A DNA stretch of 34,141 nt from Archaeoglobus sp. JdFR-37 (GCA_002010215.1 MTMY01000003.1:124001-158141); one strand, 5' to 3'. Numbered from the stretch's first letter, positions 20,031 to 28,763 are shown. Notes: generated by a model not told the origin, from the letters alone. A program made the numbers and translations.

Positions 20031-20240
20031 ATGCCAATAGAAGTCAGCGATAGGGGCGATAGAGGGGCAAAGAGGTGTGACATTTGCGGCAAGCTGATAA
20101 GGGAGGCTGTTATAGTTAAGACTTGCTGCAACAACAAAGCCAGAAACTTCTGCAGTCAGAAGTGCTATTCTGTGTGGAAAAGAGAATGGCTGAGGAGACA
20201 GGAGCAGTTGAGAGGTGGCGTTAAGAGGCCTCTTTTGTGA
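20031..20240 (+). CDS. Small Cys-rich metal-binding protein (TRASH/MYM-like)
   Basis: CDICGK...TCC...FCSQKC pattern; divergent from thi4. Confidence 0.75.
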   Translation: MPIEVSDRGDRGAKRCDICGKLIREAVIVKTCCNNKARNFCSQKCYSVWKREWLRRQEQLRGGVKRPLL

Positions 20241-20357
20241 AGCTATTGATTGTTGAGTAATTGTCAGTAATTTTTTGGATATTAAGTTAAACCCATCCAC
20301 TAAATCCATCAGTAAATTACCGGGTAAATTATTTAGCAGCCCTGCCAACTTCAGCCC

Positions 20358-21848
20358 ATGGAGCTTCTAGCAGAACTCATCGCACTCCTCCTTATAGCAT
20401 GCGGTGTCGGTGTTGCCGTCAAATACATTCGCATACCCTACACCATAGCCCTCGTTCTTGTAGGATTGCTGGTGGGGATGACAGAGATTTTTCCCGAGAT
20501 ACAGCTGACTGAAGACGTTGTTTTTACCCTCATACTTCCTCCTCTTCTCTTTGAGGGTGCTCTGGCCATGGATATAAGGCATTTGAGGGATAACATAAAT
20601 CCTATCCTGACGCTGGCAACCGCCGGTTTGTTGCTCACAATTCTGGTAACCGGCTACATCACCAGCCTAGTGGGTATACCCTTACTATTAGCCCTGATCT
20701 TCGCAGCAATGGTGTCTCCAACCGATCCAGTGTCGGTTCTGGCCACATTCAGAAAGCTTGGAGCACCAAAGAAGTTAACCACGCTTATAGAAGGAGAGAG
20801 TATCATCAATGACGGTACAGCTGTGGTCATCTTCTCCATTCTTCTGGAGATGCTGAGAGGCGACGTTAGCATACTGAATGGTTTTGCAGAATTCTTGCTG
20901 GTCTGTGCCGGCGGAGCTGCAGTAGGCTTTGTTGTGGGATATGCAGCCTACAGAATTCTCTCCTACATAGACGATCCGCTGATTGAGGTGACAATAACCT
21001 TAATCCTTGCCTTCGGAACCTTTCTGATTGCAGAACAACTGGGAGTTTCGGGAGTTATAGCAGTTGTTGCTGCTGGCCTGATAATCGGCAATTACGGAAC
21101 AGAGTTTTCTATGTCTCCATCCACCCGCCTCACCCTCATCAATTTCTGGAGTGCCGTGGTTTTTCTGGTTAACTCTCTGGTGTTCATACTCATAGGAATC
21201 GATACCCACATTTTTGAGCTTGTGAAGTATTGGAATTATGTAGCCATAGCAATTCCGGCGGTATTAATTGGAAGGGCTGTCACAGTCTATCCTGTTCTGA
21301 CAGCTTTCAGAGTAAAAGCATCTTGGCAGCATGTTGCTTTCTGGGGAGGTCTGCATGGAACAATTCCCGTCGCTCTCGCCCTCAGCCTTGAAACACCTAT
21401 GAGAGATACCTTATCGGCTATGGCTTTTGGAGTTGTCATTTTTTCCTTGGTGATTCAGGGATTAAGCTTAGATTATTTCGCAAGAAGGCTTTTCAGGAAG
21501 GATGAGCGGAGGGAGAAGTACGAGGAAGTTAGAGCGAGACTCTACGGAATAAGCAAGAGTGCTGAAGAAGTGATGGAGCTGGCGAGGCGAGGTGAACTGG
21601 ATCAGAATGTGGCTGAAAGCATTGCGAAGGAGCTTGAGAACAGGGCTGAAGAACTCAGAATTAAAATCTCAAACATTCTTCAGGATGAGGACCTCAGGCT
21701 GGAGGAATACCGAAAGGCCTGGAATAATGTGCTGGAAGTTCAGAAAAGTGCAGTTTTTGAGCTTCTACGCAGAGGAATTATCAGTGAAGAGGTAGCAGAG
21801 AAGCTTGTAAAGGAGATAGACGAGCAGAAGGTTCAGGAGATGGACTGA
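20358..21848 (+). CDS. CPA1-family Na+/H+ antiporter (NhaP/NhaG-like)
   Basis: LPPLLFE, SPTDPVSV, EGESIINDG, GVSGVIAVV motifs; soluble C-terminal tail. Confidence 0.94.
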   Translation: MELLAELIALLLIACGVGVAVKYIRIPYTIALVLVGLLVGMTEIFPEIQLTEDVVFTLILPPLLFEGALAMDIRHLRDNINPILTLATAGLLLTILVTGYITSLVGIPLLLALIFAAMVSPTDPVSVLATFRKLGAPKKLTTLIEGESIINDGTAVVIFSILLEMLRGDVSILNGFAEFLLVCAGGAAVGFVVGYAAYRILSYIDDPLIEVTITLILAFGTFLIAEQLGVSGVIAVVAAGLIIGNYGTEFSMSPSTRLTLINFWSAVVFLVNSLVFILIGIDTHIFELVKYWNYVAIAIPAVLIGRAVTVYPVLTAFRVKASWQHVAFWGGLHGTIPVALALSLETPMRDTLSAMAFGVVIFSLVIQGLSLDYFARRLFRKDERREKYEEVRARLYGISKSAEEVMELARRGELDQNVAESIAKELENRAEELRIKISNILQDEDLRLEEYRKAWNNVLEVQKSAVFELLRRGIISEEVAEKLVKEIDEQKVQEMD

Positions 21849-21974
21849 TGGTACCGGTGGTAGAAATTTGTTGAAGAGTGGATGGCCTCTTTGCAGATGG
21901 CCTCTTTTCACCAAACTGTTCACCAAAAAAGATTTATTGTGAGTATGTCATTTCTTATCTCACAAGTGATGATT

Positions 21975-23444
21975 ATGGAGCCAATAATACTTGATACTAC
22001 CCTTCGGGATGGAGAGCAAACGCCAGGTGTTTCGCTGAGTGTTGATCAGAAAGTAATGATAGCCGAAGCTCTGGATAAGCTGGGAGTTGACATAATTGAA
22101 GCCGGTACAGCAATCTCTTCAGAGGGTGAGTTTGAGGCGATAAAAGCAATCTCTCAGTCCGGATTGAAGGCAGAGATCTGCAGCTTCGGCAGGATAAAGA
22201 AAGAAGATATTGATGCTGCCGCCGATGCGGGAGCAGATTCAATCTTCATGGTTGCCCCATCTTCAGACATCCACATTTCCGCCAAGTTCCCCGGCAGAAA
22301 GAGAGAGGACATAATAGAGATGTCTGTGGAGGCCATAGAGTACGCAAGGGAGAGAGGACTAATAGTAGAGTTTGGAGGGGAAGATGCTTCAAGGGCAGAG
22401 TTTAACTTCTTGATGGAGTTGTACAGAGCGGCTGTGGATGCGAAGGCCGACAGGCTTACCTTCACAGACACTGTTGGAGTTTTCACCCCCGACAGGGCCA
22501 TGGAAACCATGAAAAAGATCAAGGCTGAGTTCAAATTGCCGCTTGCTTTCCACGGCCACGATGACTTCGGGCTTGCTACTGCCAACACAATATTCGCCAT
22601 AAGAGGGGGCGCTGACGAGGTACACGTTGCCGTAAATGGGTTGGGAGAACGAGCCGGGAATGCAGCACTCGAAGAGGTCGTGATGGCCCTAGAGTTCCTT
22701 TACGGTATAAAGACAAAGGTGAACAAGCAGGCCATCTATCCAACCTCCCAGCTGGTGGAGAAGCTCACACGCATCGTTGTGCCGCCAAACAAGCCAATAG
22801 TTGGAGATAACGCCTTTACCCATGAAAGCGGAATTCACACATCGGCTCTTCTGAGGGATACCACTACCTATGAACCTATATCTCCTGAGATCATAGGAAG
22901 GAAAAGACAACTCGTTCTGGGCAAACATGCTGGAAGGGCAAGTGTTGAAGCTATAATGAAGGAGTTCGGCTACAGAGCGAGCAAGGAGCAGCTGAAAGAG
23001 ATACTCTCCAGAGTTAAGGAGATTGGCGATAGAGGGAAGAGGGTGACGGATGCTGATGTGAGAGCCATCATCGAAACAGTGCTGCAGATCAGGCATGAGA
23101 AGAAGATAAAGCTTCTGGACCTTTCCATTGTGAGTGGAGTCAACGTAACACCCACTGCAAGCGTCAAGCTCCAGATTAACGGCAGAGAGGTTGTGGAGGC
23201 TGCTGTAGGTCTTGGTCCGGTTGACGCTGCCATCAATGCTATAAAGAAAGCCATATCTGAGTATGCGGACATAGAGCTGGTAAGCTATCACGTAGATGCC
23301 ATAACAGGCGGCACTGATGCTCTCGTTGATGTCGTCGTTCAGCTCAGAAGAGGTGATAAGATAGTCACCGCCAGGGGGGCGAGGACAGACATTATCATGG
23401 CATCCGTGGAGGCGTTTCTTGAGGGCCTGAATATGCTTATTTAA
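21975..23444 (+). CDS. cimA: (R)-citramalate synthase / 2-isopropylmalate synthase family, probably CimA
   Basis: DTTLRDGEQTPG, H.HDDFG.A.AN, GLGERAGNA, HESGIH, LGKHAG, regulatory domain GPVDA; next to ilvBH. Family certain, CimA versus LeuA inferred. Confidence 0.8.
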   Translation: MEPIILDTTLRDGEQTPGVSLSVDQKVMIAEALDKLGVDIIEAGTAISSEGEFEAIKAISQSGLKAEICSFGRIKKEDIDAAADAGADSIFMVAPSSDIHISAKFPGRKREDIIEMSVEAIEYARERGLIVEFGGEDASRAEFNFLMELYRAAVDAKADRLTFTDTVGVFTPDRAMETMKKIKAEFKLPLAFHGHDDFGLATANTIFAIRGGADEVHVAVNGLGERAGNAALEEVVMALEFLYGIKTKVNKQAIYPTSQLVEKLTRIVVPPNKPIVGDNAFTHESGIHTSALLRDTTTYEPISPEIIGRKRQLVLGKHAGRASVEAIMKEFGYRASKEQLKEILSRVKEIGDRGKRVTDADVRAIIETVLQIRHEKKIKLLDLSIVSGVNVTPTASVKLQINGREVVEAAVGLGPVDAAINAIKKAISEYADIELVSYHVDAITGGTDALVDVVVQLRRGDKIVTARGARTDIIMASVEAFLEGLNMLI

Positions 23445-23479
23445 TTTTATTATTTTGTAATATTTTATTATTTTGTAAT
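23444..23479 (+). repeat. Perfect 18-bp tandem duplication (ATTTTATTATTTTGTAAT x2), probable T-rich terminator of cimA
   Basis: Units 23444-23461 and 23462-23479 are identical. Confidence 0.85.
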
Positions 23480-23523
23480 TTTGAAATATCTGCAGACTAC
23501 ACTCCATTGAAAAGTGATAAAAA

Positions 23524-24090
23524 ATGAAAATGAAAGCGAAACTCCTGCTTGTGGTGTGTATAGCTGTTTTTGCTGTTTCTGCTATTTACCTTATGACCAT
23601 CGGTGAGCAGAGTACGATAAAAAATGCAAGGGAGCTGATGATGAATGCCAGCGAAGTTGGCGAGGGGTGAGAGAGAAGTCTTAGTTACATGGATGATCCC
23701 GAAGCGACTCTTGAGGAATTTTACAGAAAAACTGGAGAAACCGAATTCGAAATAAGTGAGCTAAAAAAGAACGGTGTGAAGGATGGGTGCATACTAATCC
23801 TGAAGAGGGCTAATTCTCCAAAATCTCTTGCTGAAGTTGATGTCTTCGTCTTTGAAAGCATTGAAGGAGCAGAAGGATTTTTTGAATACATCAAGAACCG
23901 AAGTGAGGCGAAAGACTGGAAGAAACTGGATATTGGAGATGAAACAGTTTTTCATTCTACAGATTCGACGCATATATGGTTGAGCAGAGTGTCAAACGCG
24001 TTCGTCAGAGTAATTGTTTGGAATGGAGAAGCGGGAAGGGAGACTGGTATGAGGATTATCAGTAAGATAGCGGGGAAAATAAAGTTTTGA
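23524..24090 (+). pseudogene. Secreted or membrane-anchored protein gene interrupted by one in-frame TGA (23668-23670)
   Basis: MKMKAKLLLVVCIAVFAVSAIYLM...MNASEVGEG*ERSLSYMDDPEAT... continues in frame into track ORF 23689-24090. Confidence 0.75.
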
Positions 24091-24174
24091 TTGCTAAACT
24101 GGTGATATTTCCTTAGTGCTGAACCCAACAAGTTATTCCAAACACATATTTCGAGAAGACAAAAAACCAGATAA

Positions 24175-24192
24175 CCAAAAATTATTTAAATT
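24175..24192 (+). promoter_or_regulatory. BRE/TATA promoter of the ilvBH unit
   Basis: CCAAAA followed by TTATTTAAA (24182-24190); typical spacing puts the start site near 24213. Confidence 0.6.
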
Positions 24193-24212
24193 ATCCAGTG
24201 GATGCTGCGTCA

Positions 24213-24287
24213 ATGTATATCACACTCCAGGCAGGAACAGAAAGAATGCCGCTTCTTTTGCCTGTAGTACTCGTAGTAATTTGCTAA
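24213..24287 (+). CDS. Putative Leu/Val/Ile-rich leader peptide upstream of ilvB (not in ORF track)
   Basis: [24 protein letters not shown]; 9 of codons 14-23 encode Leu/Val/Ile; second in-frame ATG at 24246. Confidence 0.65.
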   Translation: MYITLQAGTERMPLLLPVVLVVIC

Positions 24288-24327
24288 TCTAATTGGTTGT
24301 AGGTGGTTTTATGAAGAGGTGGGTTTT

Positions 24328-25998
24328 ATGAGGGCTGCTGACGCCATTGTCAAGGCTTTGGAAAAAGAGGGTGTTAAACACATTTTCGGCATACCCGGAG
24401 GAGCCATAATCGAGGTGTACGATGCACTGTTCGATTCAGAGATAAGACACATACTTACCAGGCACGAACAAGCTGCTGTTCACGCTGCTGATGGATACGC
24501 AAGGGCCACAGGAAAGACGGGTGTTGCCTTTGCCACATCGGGACCTGGGGCCACAAATACAGTCACAGGCATTGCAACGGCTTATATGGATTCATCGCCT
24601 GTTGTGGTCATGACAGGGCAGGTTGCCAGGAGCCTGATAGGTAACGATGCCTTTCAGGAAGCGGATATTGCTGGCATAACCATGCCCATAACCAAGCACA
24701 ATTACCTTGTGACGGATGAAAAACAGCTTTTGAAGATAATCAAGGAAGCTTTTCACATAGCTTCAACGGGCAGACCCGGGCCTGTGCTAATTGACCTTCC
24801 AAAAGATGTCACCCTTGCTGACATCGAGTTTGACTATCCTGAGAAGGTGGATCTGATGGGCTACAAGCCCAAGTATGTGGGTCATCCAAGGCAGATAAAG
24901 AGGGCTGCTGAACTCATCATGCAGGCCGAAAGACCGGTTATAATGGCCGGAGGTGGTGTGATACTTTCAAACGCTACTGAAGAGCTGACGAAACTTGCAG
25001 AAACAATCCCGGCCTATGTGGTTACAAGTCTGATGGGGAAGGGAGCCATTCCTGAAACCCACCCCCTCAGCCTAGGCTTTGTGGGTATGCATGGGGCAAA
25101 ATATGCCAATTACGCTGTTCAGGAGTCTGACCTTATAATAGCAGTCGGAATCCGGTTCTCTGACCGAAGCACCGGTAGACTGTCAAGTTTCGCCCCTTAT
25201 GCAAAAGTGATTCATATTGACGTGGATCCGGCAGAGATAGGGAAGAATGTGAGGGTTGACGTTCCAATTGTCGGAGATGCAAAGCTGATTCTCAGAGAAC
25301 TCATCAGGTTCATCCAGTATAAGCAGCGGAAAGAGTGGGAAGAGAAAGTTGAGGGATGGAGGAAGGCATATCCCCTGAGATACAGAAAGGATGACGAGAG
25401 AGTGAAGCCCCAGTATGTTATAGAGAAGATCTACGAGCTTCAGCCCGATGCAATAGTCACAACTGAGGTTGGCCAGAACCAGATGTGGGCCGCCCAGTAC
25501 TTCAAAGTCCACTACCCACGCCAGTTCATAACCAGCGGTGGTCTTGGCACTATGGGATTCGGCTTTCCGGCGGCGATGGGAGCAAAGGTGGCGTTTCCTG
25601 AGAAGACTGTGGTTGACATAGCTGGGGACGGCAGTTTTCTTATGAACATCCAGGAGCTTGCCACGTGCGTTGACTTTGGCATAGCTGTTAAGGTTGTTAT
25701 TCTCAACAACATGTTTCTGGGGATGGTCAGGCAGTGGCAGGAGCTGTTCTACGATGAGCGCTATTCAGCAACATGTCTGAGATGCAAAGAGATGAGCTTT
25801 GAAAAGATTGCAGAGGGATTCGGAGCTATAGGCATGACTGTTGAAAGGCCCAGTGAGGTTGAGGACACGCTTAAGGAGGCGTTTGAGATTGACGATGCTC
25901 CTGTCATCATGGACTTCAGGGTTGACAGGCTGGAGAATGTCTATCCAATGGTTCCGGCTGGAGCAGCGCTGAATGAGATTATAGACAAGGAGGTGTGA
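24328..25998 (+). CDS. ilvB: Acetolactate synthase large subunit
   Basis: [45 protein letters not shown] motifs; ATG 24328 after GAGGTGG SD. Confidence 0.97.
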   Translation: MRAADAIVKALEKEGVKHIFGIPGGAIIEVYDALFDSEIRHILTRHEQAAVHAADGYARATGKTGVAFATSGPGATNTVTGIATAYMDSSPVVVMTGQVARSLIGNDAFQEADIAGITMPITKHNYLVTDEKQLLKIIKEAFHIASTGRPGPVLIDLPKDVTLADIEFDYPEKVDLMGYKPKYVGHPRQIKRAAELIMQAERPVIMAGGGVILSNATEELTKLAETIPAYVVTSLMGKGAIPETHPLSLGFVGMHGAKYANYAVQESDLIIAVGIRFSDRSTGRLSSFAPYAKVIHIDVDPAEIGKNVRVDVPIVGDAKLILRELIRFIQYKQRKEWEEKVEGWRKAYPLRYRKDDERVKPQYVIEKIYELQPDAIVTTEVGQNQMWAAQYFKVHYPRQFITSGGLGTMGFGFPAAMGAKVAFPEKTVVDIAGDGSFLMNIQELATCVDFGIAVKVVILNNMFLGMVRQWQELFYDERYSATCLRCKEMSFEKIAEGFGAIGMTVERPSEVEDTLKEAFEIDDAPVIMDFRVDRLENVYPMVPAGAALNEIIDKEV

Positions 25999-26000
25999 TT

Positions 26001-26489
26001 ATGCGCCACACAATTGCTGTGCTGGTTGAAAATAAGCCAGGTGTGCTGGCGAGGGTGGCTGGCCTTTTCAGGCGAAGAGGCTTCAACATCGAAAGTCTGG
26101 CTGTGGGGACAACTGAGAGGGAAGACCTCTCTAGAATGACTATAGTTGTGAGCGGAGACGACTTCGTGCTGGAACAGGTTATGAAACAGCTAAACAAGCT
26201 CATTGAAGTGATTAAGGTTAGTGATGTCAGCAAGAACAGTGTTGAGAGGGAGCTCGTTCTGATAAAGGTCGCTGCAAATCCCCAGAATAGAGGGGAAATC
26301 ATCGAGATAGCCAGCATTTTCAGGGGCAGAATTGTTGATGTTGCAAGGGATAGCTTCGTAATCGAAGTTACGGGAGATGAAGATAAAATCAATGCCTTTA
26401 TCGACCTCATGAGACAGTACGGGATAAAGGAAGTGGCAAGGACGGGTAAGATTTCGATGCAGAGGGGTTCAAAGGCTCTGCAGGTTTAG
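26001..26489 (+). CDS. ilvH: Acetolactate synthase small regulatory subunit
   Basis: VENKPGVLARVAGLF.RRGFNIESL ACT domain, EVARTG; ATG 26001 after GGAGGTG. Confidence 0.96.
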   Translation: MRHTIAVLVENKPGVLARVAGLFRRRGFNIESLAVGTTEREDLSRMTIVVSGDDFVLEQVMKQLNKLIEVIKVSDVSKNSVERELVLIKVAANPQNRGEIIEIASIFRGRIVDVARDSFVIEVTGDEDKINAFIDLMRQYGIKEVARTGKISMQRGSKALQV

Positions 26490-26520
26490 TTTCATTCCAC
26501 ATATTTATCCTACTATTTAT

Positions 26521-26547
26521 CCCGCCCACCCGGCCCGCCACCGTCCC
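26521..26547 (-). other. Canonical G-quadruplex-forming motif in a convergent intergenic region
   Basis: Minus strand GGGACGGTGGCGGGCCGGGTGGGCGGG: four G3 tracts with loops of 2,1,1 plus a spare G3. Confidence 0.55.
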
Positions 26548-26592
26548 AAAGTTTCAACAATAATTAGCTTAAAAACGGACAAAATGAATAAA

Positions 26593-26823
26593 TTAAACGA
26601 ATCTTTTAAGCCTTTCTTCATTCTCCTCATAAAACTCCCGGATGTGTCCCCTCTCCTCATCATCCGGAGTCCTTGCAAAGAATAGCTCTATAAAGGCCCA
26701 GTAATATCCGTAAAGCAGACCTTTCAAAAAGCTGTCATTTTTCTCCAGCAAAAGCTCGTTATCATTCTCAAGAATCTCAATTACCTTATTCAGCTTTCTC
26801 TCAAGAAGTGAGTCCACATTCAT
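26593..26823 (-). CDS. Hypothetical small protein
   Basis: MNVDSLLERK...; ATG overlaps the radical SAM stop (TGATG). Confidence 0.7.
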   Translation of the reverse strand: MNVDSLLERKLNKVIEILENDNELLLEKNDSFLKGLLYGYYWAFIELFFARTPDDEERGHIREFYEENEERLKRFV

Positions 26824-27812
26824 CACCCCAGCAGGTGTATATTGCCTATGTTCACATTCCTTAAATGTTTTTTCGCTACTTTGTAGCATTCAAGAACCTG
26901 ATTTCTTGGAGTTATTGGCAGGTCTCTCAGTCTATAATCGGGATGGAATATCAAAAGGGAATAAGGGATTTCGGGACTCAAACTTGCCATGAAGGAAGCT
27001 ATCCCCTCTACCTCCTCAGCATCCACGTAATAGGGAACGAGTAGCGTTGTAACCGAGAGAACCTCAGGATACTTTTCAAAGATGGCTTCAAAGTTTTTAT
27101 GGACAGGCCTATTACTTCTTCCTGTAAGGATGACGTGAAGATCTTCATTCCATGCCTTCAGATCGAATTTAACTGTCCCCCCACTCTCGCTGCTTAGTTT
27201 TGCAGCCTCCAGAGCGAGCTTTGTATTTCCTGCCCCGTTCCACTCCCAGCAGATCATGATGTCACTTCTCTTTTCAAGAGCGAGCCTGCTGAAATTCAAT
27301 GCGAAACCCATCTGGGGTTCAGGGGAACCGCCAAAGTGGCATATGCACTTCACAGTTTCATCCATTGCTCTCCTAACCATATCATCAACCGTGACTGGCG
27401 GTGCTCTGTTAACGTGCTTGTGCTGCCAATTCTGGCAGTAAAGACAGTCGAAGTTGCAGCCGTAGTAAAAGACCGCCAGATTGTAACCGAACATGCTGCT
27501 CCCCTTACAGAACCAGGCATTACAGCAGTTGGTGGGTAAAGGGTCTTTGTAAGCGTGCAGCAAAGCCCTTCTGGTAGTTGAGCGAGAGACAATTTTCCCA
27601 TCCTTCAAGAAGCGAATTCTGCAAAGCCCCTCGTCTTCAATCCTGCACTGATTGGAGCAGAGGTTGCAACTTGCCTTTTCACTACCACCAATAATCTCCA
27701 GACCCTTATGCAGAGTTTCGGCTATTTCAGCACGACTCTTTGCACAGCTCGGACAGACGGGTATGGTTTTTGATGGTCTTGGATTGTCGCAGATGATGCA
27801 CTGGAGTCCCAC
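26823..27812 (-). CDS. Radical SAM protein, PflA/AmmeMemoRadiSam-like, with N-terminal Cys clusters
   Basis: GCNFDCLYCQNW, C.LC.N.C....G.C, FGGSPEP, FDLKAW, FHPDY, V.IGN motifs. Confidence 0.9.
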   Translation of the reverse strand: MGLQCIICDNPRPSKTIPVCPSCAKSRAEIAETLHKGLEIIGGSEKASCNLCSNQCRIEDEGLCRIRFLKDGKIVSRSTTRRALLHAYKDPLPTNCCNAWFCKGSSMFGYNLAVFYYGCNFDCLYCQNWQHKHVNRAPPVTVDDMVRRAMDETVKCICHFGGSPEPQMGFALNFSRLALEKRSDIMICWEWNGAGNTKLALEAAKLSSESGGTVKFDLKAWNEDLHVILTGRSNRPVHKNFEAIFEKYPEVLSVTTLLVPYYVDAEEVEGIASFMASLSPEIPYSLLIFHPDYRLRDLPITPRNQVLECYKVAKKHLRNVNIGNIHLLG

Positions 27813-27869
27813 AAAGAATAGTTGGAAGGAAAGTAAAAAGTTTATTCTATGGTTGCTCAGCGAATCTCA

Positions 27870-28763
27870 TCACTTGATCACGAACTTCCAGTCCCTCTCT
27901 ACAATGGGCGGCGTATCCTTCACGGGGTTTCTGGAGATAAAGCGTAGGTGCTCTGGCTCTTTCAGCTTCCTCAGGTTCACTAAAATGCAGCCCGGAATTT
28001 TAACGGGGAAACCGGTTTTCTTCTGCACTTCGGCAGCTCTGGCAACGAACTCATACATACTCTCAGCCCTCTCAAAATCGAAGCCCAGAGCAGCAAGGTC
28101 ATCCATGTTCTGCCTGTAAACGGAACACGGCTGGAAGAACATCTCTTTCATACTGTATTTCGAAGCTATTTCAGCTATACCTTCTATTTCGTTATCATTT
28201 ATCCCCGGCAGGTAGATGGTTCTGACGATACCATAAATATCCGTCTCACTCAGAAGCTTTATTGCCTCGATAACTCTACCAAAGAAGTCTCCACCTGTTA
28301 TTGCGGCATAATTTGCTGCATTATCGGAATCAAGACTAACCATAACTAGATCCACTCTGTCCTCAAGAAGCGGTAAAGCCTCTTTCAGGAACACTCCATT
28401 GGTCTGGATGTCTATTCTTATGTCCCCAAATATCTGCTTCAGTCTGTCTACCACATATGCAACTTTTTCAGGATACAGAAGAGGCTCACCAAACTGGGAG
28501 ATGGTTACAGACTTCACGTTTTTAGTATCGCCATAAAAACCGGGTTTTGGGGCAACGTTAGACAGAACAGCTGGACGGGAGTAGCAGAAAACGCAGTTCA
28601 GGTTGCAGTTATGGGTAATCTCGTAAGTTGGATGGTGTTTTGGATTCGATATGCTCTCATCTATCCCCTCGCAGTGAATGCAGTGTCTTACGAAATCTAC
28701 TTTCCGAATGTACTCCCAGACATCCTGAGTGTCCAGGGCGTTCTCAGACTTCCAAGCCTCCAT
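27870..28763 (-). CDS. Radical SAM protein of unknown function
   Basis: CNLNCVFC, SQFGEPL, QTNG, PGIND motifs; extra HCIHCEG upstream of the SAM motif. Confidence 0.9.
   Translation of the reverse strand: MEAWKSENALDTQDVWEYIRKVDFVRHCIHCEGIDESISNPKHHPTYEITHNCNLNCVFCYSRPAVLSNVAPKPGFYGDTKNVKSVTISQFGEPLLYPEKVAYVVDRLKQIFGDIRIDIQTNGVFLKEALPLLEDRVDLVMVSLDSDNAANYAAITGGDFFGRVIEAIKLLSETDIYGIVRTIYLPGINDNEIEGIAEIASKYSMKEMFFQPCSVYRQNMDDLAALGFDFERAESMYEFVARAAEVQKKTGFPVKIPGCILVNLRKLKEPEHLRFISRNPVKDTPPIVERDWKFVIK

Noticed and set aside
20240..20358. Fluoride riboswitch upstream of the Na+/H+ antiporter
   Set aside because: No GGCGATG...TAATG-like core; only a short GTAAATTA repeat near the TATA-like sequence.
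22689..23507. Long antisense ORFs in the track (272 aa here, 208 aa at 2050-2676, and others)
   Set aside because: They lie opposite well-conserved genes, show no motifs, and are explained as shadows of codon bias.
23668..23670. Selenocysteine recoding of the in-frame TGA
   Set aside because: The context fits Trp (GEGW), there is no redox motif, and no SECIS-like hairpin was recognised downstream.
26544..26558. GTTTCAAC / GTTGAAAC resembling a CRISPR repeat end
   Set aside because: Single short occurrence, no repeat-spacer periodicity, no cas genes in the window.
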